Notes: generated from the sequence alone by a model not told the origin. A DNA stretch of 63,363 nt, filler included, from Octopus bimaculoides (GCF_001194135.2; 10 parts of 9 records of this genome joined end to end with filler, not necessarily neighbours in it), one strand, 5' to 3'. Numbered from the whole stretch's first letter, positions 11,857 to 26,591 are shown. Program-made: numbers and translations.

Positions 11857-13184
11857 AATGTATTCCGCCGGATCAACATAACTGCTTTTCTTTAATGCTT
11901 ACCGTGTGCGTGATCTCACTGTTACCTTTCTGTCATTCTGCTTACCGTGTGCGTGATCTTACTGTGAAAAGACGACTCTTAACTCACCGTTTCTCCCCAA
12001 ATCTCACACAGTGTTTGGGGTAGCAATATTTCTTCAACTTAAAGTATTCAAGATGCAGTGTGTTTGATGACTGAAAGAAGATATCTTGAAACTTCCTAGT
12101 AATGAATTCTAAGTCGTTCTCAAAAACCTAGCTATATAAAATATCGATGCGTTTCTTTAAGTTGTTGACATAATCAGAAATCTTGACCGAGTTTGAGCGT
12201 TCAGTATCAATAATTTAGCAAGAGAGAATCGAATAAACAGAGATTATCTCTAGTTAAACAGCGTCTGTGATAGCGGTTTCAAACAGCAAAACAGGAACAC
12301 CACTATCTCATTCATAGTGTAAAAATCGGAAACCACAAATCAAAACATTTGATATTTTTTTTAAATATCAGTCAACGGATATGGATTCATTTTCTACAAT
12401 TTAAACTTCATTACATACATAACTTTTATAGTATAATGAAAAAATGAAGGTTACATTAACGCTTTTACTTTTGTTATATTTATGTTTTTGTTCACTTAGA
12501 ATCGTAAGTTAAGTTTTTCTTATTTTTTCCATTTGGTTTGTTTTGCCCAATCTTTTTTTTCTTTTCTTTTATTCTGTGATAATTTTTGTAATGTCATTGT
12601 TGTTTTTAATTGCTTCAGAGGCTTTTATTATTAGTAGTAGTAGAAGAAAATCATTTGATCTGTGGTGTTGTCAAACAATACTTTATCGACTTCAATTGAA
12701 AAAATCTGAGGTTATATTATATTAGCTAATTATAGTTAAAATTTATTCATGTCAAATATAAAAAGTACGATTAATGCCGGTAGAACACTGGTTTAACATG
12801 CACAATACACTGTTTAACAACAACATCAAACACTTTTCCTAAGTGTTTGTTGCTATTATTTATTCCCAGTCAGCTCTTGTATAGCAGGCCTATGATTGTT
12901 CTAGTCACGACTGCGATCGATCTTAGTTTCAGATTATGCATTTACCTAATGTCTCGCCACTTTTAAGATAGTAATGTTTAGTTAGGAGGAAATTTGGTTG
13001 CTATACCTACCAACTTCAGTGACCACTACTAAATCTGAGGGGTAGAGAAAAATTCCCTCATTAAAATACAGTTTTTTCTGGGACCTCGAAGCTTAAACCT
13101 CATTCATTTTATAGTAGATCAGCCACTGCGTACTTATTTAAATATACGCGCGTGCACACACACACACACATATATATATATATA

Positions 13185-13220
<36 letters not shown>

Positions 13221-13294
13221 CAATAAAATGAAAAAATATGTGCAACTACTACCTCAAATGCCGAAAATCTGAAGTAAATTATACGTTATTTAGT

Positions 13295-13504
13295 TGAGGG
13301 GTGCTAAAAAGTTCCTGGCTTTAAGTTGTCGCGAAAAGCCTGGTTGGAGGCCCAACGTTCTGAGTTCTTTTACAGGACTTAGAAAAACTGAAGGGCTGCT
13401 GCAATAAGTGTGTGAGTCTGAGAAGAGAATATGTTGAATAAATCATAAATGATTCTCCTATATTTTCTTTTACACAAAGCCAGGAAATTTTCAGCACCCC
13501 CTTG
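13295..13504 (+). mobile_element. Mariner-derived MITE, ~210 bp
   Basis: Terminal repeats GAGGGGTGCTAAAAAGTTCCTGGCTTT / AAAGCCAGGAAATTTTCAGCACCCC; internal remnant reading CCNKCVSLRREYVE*, like a mariner transposase C-terminus; TA at right flank. Confidence 0.8.
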
Positions 13505-14267
13505 TATGCTCTATTAAATTCTTATAGTTTTTATTACCACATTTATAATTCTCCCAATAATCATTCCATGTTGAGTAATTTTCGGACCCGAAAACTTATA
13601 CTCGTCTGGTGAGATATAAACTCACTTGTTAGTGCAGGTTAGTTCGGTTCAGTTGGTTTAATATAGCAGCCCTGCTATATTAAACCTGTCTGTTATATAT
13701 TCATCAGTCACAAGCTATATGTCCACCTGTCCGTTATATATTCATCAATCACATGCAATGCCTTTCGATTCCGCCTGCTGAGATGAATGTCCAAAGAAAC
13801 AAGTATATCAGTGACATGTTATTTGTTGTATCAATTCACTTTAGATTTATGTCGTGGTCCCTAGTAATTTGGCGAGGCGTATTAGACTAGCATGCTAATT
13901 TAGGATAGAAGTTAATGCTCATTAGTAATGCTGAACTTTCGTCTGTCAGTATTTATAGAAATTACCATAGGAATCAGTAGTTGAGTCTGAAAAATAGTAA
14001 TGTGAAAATTATATAGTTATTAAGGTGGCTAGACGCAATTTAAGACCNNNNNNNNNNNNNNNNNNNNNNNNNNNNNNNNNNNNNNNNNNNNTTAATTAAT
14101 TAANNNNNNNNNNNNNNNNNNNNNNNNNNNNNNNNNNNNNNNNNNNNAATTATTTGCTCATTTTCCTCCTACCCATCCTCCACCTAGATAAATTCCCTCT
14201 TGCTCTCCATATATATATGTATATATATGTATATATATGCATAAGTATATATATGCATATATACATA

Positions 14268-14430
14268 GGCGTAGGAGTGACTGTGTGGTAAGTAGCTCGC
14301 TTACAAACCACTTGGTTCCGGGTTCAGTCCCACTGCGTGGCACCTTGGGCAAGTGTCTTCTACTATAGCCTCAGGCCGACCAAAGCCTTGTGAGTGGATT
14401 TGTTAGACGGAAACTGAAAGAAGCCCGTCG

Positions 14431-14477
<47 letters not shown>

Positions 14478-14740
14478 TAGGGAATCGCACATATACATAT
14501 GTATATGCACATGCATGTGTGTGCGCGCGCACGCGCTGTTTCTGCATCTGTGAATGCTCTCCACCGCCGCTTGACAACTGGTGTTAGTGTTTTTACTTAT
14601 TCAAAACTTAAAGGTTCGGCAAAAGAGGCCGACACAATCACTACCAATAAGTACAAGGATCGATTTGTTCGACTGGAATACCTCAAGTTGTCACTGCAGC
14701 ATCACTTAAGTTACATGACTGAAATACGTAAAAGAGAAAA
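14268..14740 (+). mobile_element. SINE family B, near full length
   Basis: Collinear with 8227-8625. Confidence 0.85.
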
Positions 14741-14879
14741 GCTTGAAGATTGTGGATAATTCAATTCAAATGCTAATTTTATTTATGTATCACGCAACTA
14801 ATAGAAGTTAACTTTAACCTCTGCAATTTAAAGCGGTTAATATAGTGTTGGACAATAGCTTCCAGACACTAATTACGAG

Positions 14880-15330
14880 GCAAACTCCTGCCAGGGTAAC
14901 GTTGAGCAAAATGCCCAGTGAGATTACTACGCATGCTATTTAATTTCTCCTCAAATAGTTGTCAGTGTAGCCGGTTATCTGCAATACACGACATCCTTTT
15001 GGGTATCCCATAAGTACAAGTCTGCAGGTGTTATATCAGTAGAAACTGGGAATTCAACTGCATATCATTGTCCTGTCCAACTCTTAGAAATTTTCATTCA
15101 GGTAAGCTCGCATATCTCGGCAGTAGTGCGACGGTCTGCAGACAAACTGAAAGAAAAAAGTTCATTTTCATTAAGTGAATGTATGACAAGTAAAATGGAC
15201 GTGCTTAGCATGTGTAGCTACGCTTGGCCGGTATTAGTACTTTCAAAGAAAAATGGTCCGATTAAACTTCTTCATGACACTTCACACATTGCGCCCCTCT
15301 AAAGCACATCTGCTCTTTCTGCATCTCCGA
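14880..15330 (-). mobile_element. Tc1/mariner-superfamily transposase fossil
   Basis: Minus-strand peptides PSHYCRDMRAYLNENF and STDITPADLYLWDTQKDVVYCR*PATL resemble the family motifs GAPxHY...VRxYL and SPDLTPxDFxLWGxxKDxVY; stops and frameshifts present. Confidence 0.65.
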
Positions 15331-15597
15331 TTTCTTTAATATCCAGACACCCAACAATTACTAACTGTGTATAATCTTTCTTAATGTGTTACTCGTTATT
15401 TTGACTATTTTGTGTAGAGATGCGTCTTTGGGGTTTTGAGCAATTTTAATTTAACTACTCAACCCCAGCAGTTATTTGCTTGTTTATTTTTTTTTTGTTT
15501 TAAACCTGATATTTATTCTACCTGTCTTTTACCGAACCGTTACGTTTCGGGGGTGAACAAATAATATGAAGGACACATAAGGACACATACACGCGCG

Positions 15598-15658
<61 letters not shown>

Positions 15659-15677
15659 GTATATACACACACACGTG

Positions 15678-15714
<37 letters not shown>

Positions 15715-15865
15715 TTATATGTATATATATATATATATATCTATTTATATACACATATATATATATACATATTTATATATATATAAATATATAATTATAT
15801 ATATACACACACATATATATGCACATACATACATACATACATACATCTAGATATGTTTATATATA

Positions 15866-16000
15866 CGACGGGCTTCTTTCAGTTTCCGTCTTTCAGTTTC
15901 AGTCAGGGGCTATAGTGGAAGACACTTGCCCAAGGTGCCGCATTGTGGAATTCAACCCAGAACCATGTGATTGAGAAGTAAGTATCTTACCACGCAGCCA
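15866..16000 (-). mobile_element. SINE family B partial copy
   Basis: Reverse complement of the family B head and centre. Confidence 0.75.
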
Positions 16001-16339
16001 TTTCTGAAAAAGCTACAAAATTATGAGACAAGTTACGTCGCCATTGTATACGAGCGTTTCACCCACCTCTCCTCCTCATCCACTATATTTTATTTCAGCG
16101 GGAGTACATATAGGAATTTTTACAAAGAAATTCTGTCGAAGGAGGAGTTAGACTCTACAGAAGTTTTCTACATTTACATTTGAATGAAACTAAAAGCAAC
16201 ATTTTTATTTTTCATTTTTAGTTTCAACTTCAGCTGAATTAATTTTAAGCTGCCACTACTTGGTCTGTACTTTTCCAGTCGCTGTTAAGAACATTATCAC
16301 TCGTACGTCTGCTATTTTCCTGCAAGCATTTTCATGAAT

Positions 16340-17300
<961 letters not shown>

Positions 17301-18164
17301 CAAGTGCGTGTGCATACACCAACCATTCAACTGGTTGCGCCAGGAAGCTTTTAGCCAACGGTAGATGACAGTCGTTTTAAAGGCAACAAAGAGTCTCCCC
17401 TTTCTTTTCTATATATTTCGTTGTTATTTTCTTTAATGTTATTTTGCGATCACTCTATAACCACATTCTTCTGATGTATTTGTAAATCATTAACTGTTAA
17501 TAGTTAGCTGTCTGTAGCTCTCTTTAAATCATTTATGATTTTCATTTGTTCATAGTTATTTTTTTTTCTACCTACAATTATATATTTTATTTCCTATCCT
17601 AACATTCAGTGTCCTTAAACATATATTCTACTCTTTTATCTATGTTCTCATCCATTACGGCCTCTCAAGCAATTGTTTTCTTTGTTTAATATATATTCAT
17701 TACCCCAGATACAGCCTTCAACATCGCATGAATTATTAATATCATCATCATAGTCGTTGTTGTCTTCACCGTTGTCATCAGCATCATCATCAGTATATAC
17801 GCTGTCGTCATTATCGTCATCATCATCAAAATCATCGTTGTTTTAAAATATGTCTCTCGCTTTTATATCGTATCAACGAGACCAAAACTATGGCCCGGCG
17901 GTTATGCAAGATAGACGTTGTAAATTTGTGGACAATGCCCTCCATAGTATATGTGTCATTCTAATCAGGGTTGTTTCGTTTATGTTCAAGCATAACTGGG
18001 AATTTGTTAGTGATTTTTTTTTTAGCCCGGTTTCATTACCCCATATCGTTCAAGTGCAGCTGATACGGTTTAGGTGACCACATCCATAAGATGAAAATCT
18101 CAAGGTTTTTTAAATATTTTTAGTCAACTTTTTTTTCTGAGTATTTGAAGTATCACAAATCATT

Positions 18165-18350
18165 CACGTGTCGGGACACTATGCTTAGCAGCATATCTTC
18201 CGACGCTTTATCTTGTGGTTTAAATCTTACTAATGTCAACCCGTTCAGGGTAGATAGAATAAAGTACTAGACAAATACAGGGGCCGATGTAATCGACTAG
18301 CCCTTTCCTTCCCCCAAAATTGCAGGCCTTGTGCCTATAGTAGAAAGGTT
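18165..18350 (+). mobile_element. SINE family A, degenerate, followed by (ATT)n
   Basis: ATGCTTAGCAGC...GGGGCCGATGTAATCGACT...AATTGCAGGCCTTGTGCC. Confidence 0.6.
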
Positions 18351-18402
18351 TATCATTATTATCATTATTATCGTTGTTGTTTTCGTAGTTATTATTATTA
18401 TA

Positions 18403-18438
<36 letters not shown>

Positions 18439-18444
18439 GTTATT

Positions 18445-18983
18445 GAGTGAGAGAGCAGTGCTTGCCATCAAAGTGACACTGGGGTGAAATATACGAAGCC
18501 CAGTATACCCATCATGACTACCTGTCTGATAAGGGTACACCAGTCATGTGAATCATAAACATATATGCGTGACATGGTGATCTCATATGAAGATAAACAG
18601 CGCCTGACATTAGAAGTGGGGCCTAGTTAGAATTTTCTTCAGGTCGAGTAGCCCATCCTGCTCAAAATGTCCCTGAATAAGTGTTATTTAAGGATATTGA
18701 ACGAAACACTATGTTTCCAGAGGTGAAGAATTCCTTTCAACACATGGCTATGATGCTCCTCCACTACTTCTGCTCGTGATCAGTGATGAATATATCGTCA
18801 GCCACTAAGGGACATGCTCAACTAATTAAGGTCAAACAATTGACAAACAAATTTGTGGCATTGAGCAGAATATTTCCTGTAACCCATCTTTTATACCGAG
18901 ACAAAACAATATAGATGATAACACCTCTAACCAGTTAAGATCAGAAGCCTTGAGAGCCACTGCCTGGTACTGTTTCGGGGCAT
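18445..18983. mobile_element. Unclassified ~540-bp non-coding element embedded in (ATT)n
   Basis: Complex sequence with sharp boundaries and ATT repeats on both sides; no long ORF; no tRNA head recognised. Confidence 0.5.
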
Positions 18984-19000
18984 TAATTATTATTATTATT

Positions 19001-19453
19001 GTTCAGTAGTTTTATTTTTATAACGTGCTTTCACTTCACTACCGAGCGCAGCTCTGTATGCCTTGGGTATGTGCTGTGGTTTGCTGTGATGCTCTTATGG
19101 TTACTGTCTTGAAAGTGTTTTGCGTAGGATGTGTGCAGTGCCCAGTAGTGCAATTTTTTGTATGTTATATATATTTGTAAATCCTGGTGTTTTTGTTATG
19201 TATTTGTTTGAATATTTTTTTATCATACCTAAGGCGCCTACTATGATAGGAATTGTTTCTGTTTTTAGATTCCACATTCGAGTTACCTCTATTTCCGGGT
19301 CTTTGTATTTTGAAAGTTTTTCCATTTCTTTTAGAGAAACGTTGTCATCTGCTGGTATTAATACATCAATTAGAAAGCATTTTTTTTTCTTCATGATCTT
19401 TGACAACTATATCTGGTCTATTTTCCTTAATTTCTCTATCTGTGTGTATTGGC
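19001..19453 (-). mobile_element. 5'-truncated R4/Dong-type non-LTR retrotransposon (restriction-like endonuclease C-terminus plus 3' UTR)
   Basis: PIHTDREIKENRPDIVVKD / CFLIDVLIPAD..KEMEKLSKYKD..IVGALG..LGTAHILRK (PD..D..K-type RLE); stop at 19101-19103; (TAA)n on both sides. Confidence 0.88.
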
Positions 19454-19487
19454 ATTATTATTATTATTATTATTATTATTATGATTA

Positions 19488-19564
<77 letters not shown>

Positions 19565-19587
19565 GTTGTTATTATTATTATTATTGA

Positions 19588-19790
19588 AGGCTGCGAGCTG
19601 GCAGAATCGTTAGCGCATTGAACGAAATGCCCAGTGGTATTGCACCCGTCACTACGTTCTGAGTTCAAACTCTGCCGAGATCGACTTACAAGGATGATAG
19701 CATCCTTGTAATCGACACATCTCCCCCCCCCCACCAAATTGCTACCCTTATGGCAAAATGTGAAATCATCATTATCGTGATCATTTTCTA
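19588..19790 (+). mobile_element. SINE family A copy
   Basis: GGCTGCGAGCTGGCAGAATCGTTAGC...GAGTTCAAACTCTGCCGAGATCGACTT. Confidence 0.75.
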
Positions 19791-20249
19791 TTTTTCACTC
19801 AACCTATCGTTAAAGTTCTATCACTAAGGTATTGTTAATGACAAATCGCTTTAACTCAGTAAATATACAATCCAATAAAACTTAAACTATACAAATAAAG
19901 CAAAAGAATATATTCAAAACATTCACTCACCTATTCAAGAAATACAGAAAATATGAAATATACATAACTTCACAAAAGATAACCAATGACAAGGCGAAAA
20001 TATAAAAACCAATCAACAACAGTTGAAAGGAAACCAATGACCAGACACAATTAAGCGATCACCTCAACACTACTAAATATTAATACAACACTAAACAGAG
20101 TTGCTACAATTCTCACCTAAAGAGCGTGGTACTGAGAAAACCAAGTGGAGAAATAAACACTTAAGTTCAATAAAACATACTCGTATACTCAATAATATTC
20201 CCCTTTTATTTACCTGACAGAATTCTTCTTTAAGCAACCGCAACAGAAA

Positions 20250-21050
20250 CGTATCTCACAGTACTATGCCAGGAATTTCCGCTTCCCTATTAGATATGAT
20301 AGCACCTGAATTTCCTTGTGTGTGTCTCTGCAAATATCATTGTAGTTGAGGCATCTTCTTCCTCTACTAGGGAGCGGAACTCTTCAGCGTATTGTGTACG
20401 ATATCGTATGTTATTCAGCAAAAGAGCAGTGGCCATCTTCCCTTGAACAATGATAGCGAGATTGCGTTGAAATATCACTTTATATCTCCTCTTTGGTTTT
20501 GTACACAATCTATAAGATACATTGATCCCTCATGAAAATTCTGCCTCATATATTATCAAAGCAAATTTTAAGCTTCTTCCTTGTAATCAAGATTTCTGCT
20601 CCTTGGAAAATAATGCATTTTACATTTACCCTCTAGAAACAAGGTCCTGCTAATCTTGTAATGCTTGATTGTCAGATGTTTTGAGGCTTGTTTAAACTCA
20701 CTGGAGGGAATTTCCTTGCGTGTAGGGAAATCTTTCTTACTTTCAGCACCATATCTGCGTTGTGGCCACTCTTGGGATAACTTGTCATGTAGCTTTCACC
20801 TCGACTGGTGGTCATGTATTTAGACTCACACTGAAAAAAATGTGAACAAGTTTTGTACCTAAAACAGTTAATGAACTAAGGAAGGCAAAAACATTACCAT
20901 AGTGAAATTGAGAGCGATAACTCTCTGTCGAGTTCTTTTGGATTTTCCCAGGATATTTATTTCTTGAGATATTTATTCTGTTGAGAAGGTCATCTCTAAC
21001 TTGGTGCATAGAACAAACGGTCCAAGATAAGACCTTCCAAAATAACATGA
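20250..21050 (-). mobile_element. Highly degenerate RTE-clade LINE (reverse transcriptase N-terminal region)
   Basis: RNLAIIVQGKMATALLLNNI...STTMIFA resembles RTE RGISLLSIAGKILARILLNRL...STTDMIFA; many stops. Confidence 0.5.
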
Positions 21051-22187
21051 TTATTTATGGAGATTCCGTCGTCCCTTTTCTTTCTGCAGTTAAATTGGAC
21101 TTATCCATATAAAAGTTTTATCTCTATCCAATACTAAGACTTCACCTTCGATTAAAAGCGATACGATTACACAGCTTTGTATGTATGTATGTGTTCTTTT
21201 TTTTCTTGAGTTTAACTTAAGTTCTTCTTGAGACCATTCACACCGGCTAGTTACAAAGGGACAAGACATTTTGAGTTATGAATGTTCCCGGTGTTTGTAA
21301 ATAGGAAGTTGAGTTGATGTGCTGATCTAACTGTCGAGGCATACACGCAGGTGTGTGCATCTGTTCACATAAGAATCTCTGACAGAGAATTTTGAGAATG
21401 TCTTATAGACCATCAATGTGCCACTAACGGAGTAGGTTTGGAGTATCTGCGTCAGTCTCTATTGCTCTTTTTCCGTGAAACAAAATATTTCTAGGTGTTT
21501 TATGCAAATTTGTTGATACATAACCTAAAAAGAATCTAATGATGATAGGTTTAAATGAGTATTCATAGCCAGGGTACAAGAGATGCCAGTACTGCATTAA
21601 TTCACCGTGAATACTCTGTTTTTCATGAACTTTTGATTGAATATTCACATCCGCTGTATGTATGTATGTATGTATGTATGTATGTATGTATGTATGTATG
21701 TATAAATGCAGGTATATATCTATACATACACGCACGAACACGCATGCACACGCATACACACACGCGCGCACATATACTATATTAGAAAGCTCAGACCCAT
21801 AAAATGTGTAGGGGGCGCTCCATTCAGTGACGTTTGCAATTCTGTTGGCTTATGTATATATATATATATATATNNNNNNNNNNNNNNNNNNNNNNNNNNN
21901 NNNNNNNNNNNNNNNNNNNNNNNNNNNNNNNNNNNNNNNNNNNNNNNNNNNNNNNNNNNNNNNNNNNNNNNNNNNNNNNNNNNNNNNNNNNNNNNNNNNN
22001 NNNNNNNNNNNNNNNNNNNNNNNNNNNNNNNNNNNNNNNNNNNNNNNNNNNNNNNNNNNNNNNNNNNNNNNNNNNNNNNNNNNNNNNNNNNNNNNNNNNN
22101 NNNNNNNNNNNNNNNNNNNNNNNNNNNNNNNNNNNNNNNNNNNNNNNNNNNNNNNNNNNNNNNNNNNNNNNNNNNNNNNNNNNNNNN

Positions 22188-22250
<63 letters not shown>

Positions 22251-22447
22251 ACGCTTGTGCTTGTACGAACAATAATTAAATATAGATATGAATATGTTTT
22301 GATACGTGTTAATGGGGAATATATGTGTGCGTATACGACTATTTCTTTCTCAACGAATTAGTAAAGCATACGTGTATTTAATTAATGTGAGTGTGAGTGC
22401 ACTCATACATATACATCAAAGTGCATATATACATATCTATAGACACG

Positions 22448-22501
<54 letters not shown>

Positions 22502-23608
22502 NNNNNNNNNNNNNNNNNNNNNNNNNNNNNNNNNNNNNNNNNNNNNNNNNNNNNNNNNNNNNNNNNNNNNNNNNNNNNNNNNNNNNNNNNNNNNNNNNNN
22601 NNNNNNNNNNNNNNNNNNNNNNNNNNNNNNNNNNNNNNNNNNNNNNNNNNNNNNNNNNNNNNNNNNNNNNNNNNNNNNNNNNNNNNNNNNNNNNNNNNNN
22701 NNNNNNNNNNNNNNNNNNNNNNNNNNNNNNNNNNNNNNNNNNNNNNNNNNNNNNNNNNNNNNNNNNNNNNNNNNNNNNNNNNNNNNNNNNNNNNNNNNNN
22801 NNNNNNNNNNNNNNNNNNNNNNNNNNNNNNNNNNNNNNNNNNNNNNNNNNNNNNNNNNNNNNNNNNNNNNNNNNNNNNNNNNNNNNNNNNNNNNNNNNNN
22901 NNNNNNNNNNNNNNNNNNNNNNNNNNNNNNNNNNNNNNNNNNNNNNNNNNNNNNNNNNNNNNNNNNNNNNNNNNNNNNNNNNNNNNNNNNNNNNNNNNNN
23001 NNNNNNNNNNNNNNNNNNNNNNNNNNNNNNNNNNNNNNNNNNNNNNNNNNNNNNNNNNNNNNNNNNNNNNNNNNNNNNNNNNNNNNNNNNNNNNNNNNNN
23101 NNNNNNNNNNNNNNNNNNNNNNNNNNNNNNNNNNNNNNNNNNNNNNNNNNNNNNNNNNNNNNNNNNNNNNNNNNNNNNNNNNNNNNNNNNNNNNNNNNNN
23201 NNNNNNNNNNNNNNNNNNNNNNNNNNNNNNNNNNNNNNNNNNNNNNNNNNNNNNNNNNNNNNNNNNNNNNNNNNNNNNNNNNNNNNNNNNNNNNNNNNNN
23301 NNNNNNNNNNNNNNNNNNNNNNNNNNNNNNNNNNNNNNNNNNNNNNNNNNNNNNNNNNNNNNNNNNNNNNNNNNNNNNNNNNNNNNNNNNNNNNNNNNNN
23401 NNNNNNNNNNNNNNNNNNNATATATATATATATGTATATATATATATGCATATATATATATATATACATATTATTATGCATCTATAGACATACACAAATA
23501 CTCGCGCACATTCTTTGTAATTATATCGGAATGCCTACACAGCGAGATGAAAGACTTAAGAATTTGGTCAGCACGCAGCAAGACAATTACGTCTTCCTTT
23601 CAGGAAAG

Positions 23609-23640
<32 letters not shown>

Positions 23641-23954
23641 AAACAATTCATCAAAAACAATAACAACAAAAGCATGAGTAACAAAAACAACTATAGAACT
23701 TACAGCTATAATGATTAAAATTACAAATATTGGATTAGTTTTCATAGTAATTTTCTCTTGCATTTTAATCCTTTAAGTATATGAGAGAGAGCGAAGAAGA
23801 AAAGTGCGGAAGAATTTTCTATTAAATGTGATTATTTGAAATAATAGTATTATTGATAATGCTACAGTTGGTATAGTTATGGACGCTGTTGCTCCTACTG
23901 TTGTTGCTAGCATGTCTGTTCGTTATATAGCCAGCAAACGGCGAAAACTAAAGT

Positions 23955-24446
23955 TGACTGCTTTAGGCGACTTTAACCTCCCAAATGTTAAATGGCCTGA
24001 AGGTCACATCCTCTCTGGGATGTCACTGCATGAACAAAGCCAGGCAAAGTCTTTATTAGAACTATCCCATATGCTGTTCATGGAACAAGTGATACTCCAA
24101 CCAACCAGAGGAAGCAATATTTTAGATCTCTGCTTCACAAACAATGTGAGCCTAATCCATAATGTGAAAATAACGCCCACATCTTTCTCAGATCATAACA
24201 TTATAGAATTAACTATGTATGGTCCTAGGCAACCCACTGACACCCACCCCACCAGGAGGACTCAAGCAATATCCAACCTGAATTTCCACAGGGCGGACTG
24301 GAAGTCAATTCGCAGAGAGATTCAGAATCAAAACTGGCATGACAGCCTTTCTATACAAGACAATGACCTCAAACTAAGTCATTTTATGTCAACTATACAA
24401 GGCATATGCACCAAATACGTGCCATATAGAAAGACCAGCAAACATG
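23955..24446 (+). mobile_element. CR1/L2-type LINE ORF2 fragment, APE endonuclease
   Basis: GDFNLP, QPTRGSNILDLCFTN, SDHNII and NFHRADW motifs in an open frame that runs into a gap. Confidence 0.88.
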
Positions 24447-25097
24447 NNNNNNNNNNNNNNNNNNNNNNNNNNNNNNNNNNNNNNNNNNNNTTAATTAATT
24501 AANNNNNNNNNNNNNNNNNNNNNNNNNNNNNNNNNNNNNNNNNNNNTTCCTCACCCCCGTCTCTGCGTCACTCGCTCATCCACTCTTTATATACACACAC
24601 ACATATATAAAGCTTTAATTACATCCTCATCATACAACAAGATCTTTCTATGGGATTTAAATCGACGAAATTAGCCGAGCAACCTCTCGCATTATTTCAA
24701 GTGAGAGATATTTCTATTTTATTATATTCATTTTAAAACATTTTCATTACCATTACCATTACCACCAGCAGCAGCAGCAGCAGTAGCAGTTCAGGTGGTG
24801 GCGGCGATGCGGTGGGGAGTTGTGGACCGTGTTGGTTTGTTTTTTTAACATTTTGTATTTTAGTGATTATCTGTGCAAGAACAAAATGGCGCCTCTGGAT
24901 TTTGTAGGATTTTATTGTTTCTCCTTCATATATATGACGTGCAAACACTTATGTGTGCATATGTATGCGTGTGTGTGTATGTGTGTGTGTGTGAGGACAG
25001 AGTGTAGCGTGGAGGGGGATGATTGTGGCAGTTGTTGTGTGACTGTGATATCGTAGCATATATGTCAACACACTCATTTGCACACAGATGTGTATAT

Positions 25098-25136
<39 letters not shown>

Positions 25137-25927
25137 NNNNNNNNNNNNNNNNNNNNNNNNNNNNNNNNNNNNNNNNNNNNNNNNNNNNNNNNNNNNNNNN
25201 NNNNNNNNNNNNNNNNNNNNNNNNNNNNNNNNNNNNNNNNNNNNNNNNNNNNNNNNNNNNNNNNNNNNNNNNNNNNNNNNNNNNNNNNNNNNNNNNNNNN
25301 NNNNNNNNNNNNNNNNNNNNNNNNNNNNNNNNNNNNNNNNNNNNNNNNNNNNNNNNNNNNNNNNNNNNNNNNNNNNNNNNNNNNNNNNNNNNNNNNNNNN
25401 NNNNNNNNNNNNNNNNNNNNNNNNNNNNNNNNNNNNNNNNNNNNNNNNNNNNNNNNNNNNNNNNNNNNNNNNNNNNNNNNNNNNNNNNNNNNNNNNNNNN
25501 NNNNNNNNNNNNNNNNNNNNNNNNNNNNNNNNNNNNNNNNNNNNNNNNNNNNNNNNNNNNNNNNNNNNNNNNNNNNNNNNNNNNNNNNNNNNNNNNNNNN
25601 NNNNNNNNNNNNNNNNNNNNNNNNNNNNNNNNNNNNNNNNNNNNNNNNNNNNNNNNNNNNNNNNNNNNNNNNNNNNNNNNNNNNNNNNNNNNNNNNNNNN
25701 NNNNNNNNNNNNNNNNNNNNNNNNNNNNNNNNNNNNNNNNNNNNNNNNNNNNNNNNNNNNNNNNNNNNNNNNNNNNNNNNNNNNNNNNNNNNNNNNNNNN
25801 NNNNNNNNNNNNNNNNNNNNNNNNNNNNNNNNNNNNNNNNNNNNNNNNNNNNNNNNNNNNNNNNNNNNNNNNNNNNNNNNNNNNNNNNNNNNNNNNNNNN
25901 NNNNNNNNNNNNNNNNNNNNNNNNNNN

Positions 25928-25994
<67 letters not shown>

Positions 25995-26087
25995 TATTTA
26001 TATACGCCGATATGCTTTCATGTATATGCTACATATATGTATGCACATACACGATTATATCTACATTTACATGCCTAGATATGTTTG

Positions 26088-26136
<49 letters not shown>

Positions 26137-26325
26137 GTGTGTATCTACTTAAGCGTAGAAATAGTTACCTACATATATAAAATTACATCATATTGATTAA
26201 GAATATAGATTACACAAGGCAGAACACGGTGGAGAAAAAACAACTGGAGCGCCATCTGCAATAATAATCATAATAACAACAACAACAACAGCAACAACAA
26301 TAATAATAATAGTAGTAGTAGTATT

Positions 26326-26371
<46 letters not shown>

Positions 26372-26556
26372 CCAACAACAAGAAAAACAACAAGAACGCC
26401 AACAACAATGTTGAGATGTACTTTAAAATCATTTCATTATCATCTTCATTATTTAATTATATTAAAGTAATTATTCAACTTACCTTCTCACTGAATCAGC
26501 GAAAAATTTGCTTGCCTCCTAAACTCAAGTACGTACGTATAAGCGTGCCAGTGTGT

Positions 26557-26591
<35 letters not shown>

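Noticed and set aside
14959-15101. Open + strand frame between AG and CAG/GTAAG, exon-like
   Set aside because: The opposite strand is a recognisable Tc1/mariner transposase remnant, which explains the sequence better.
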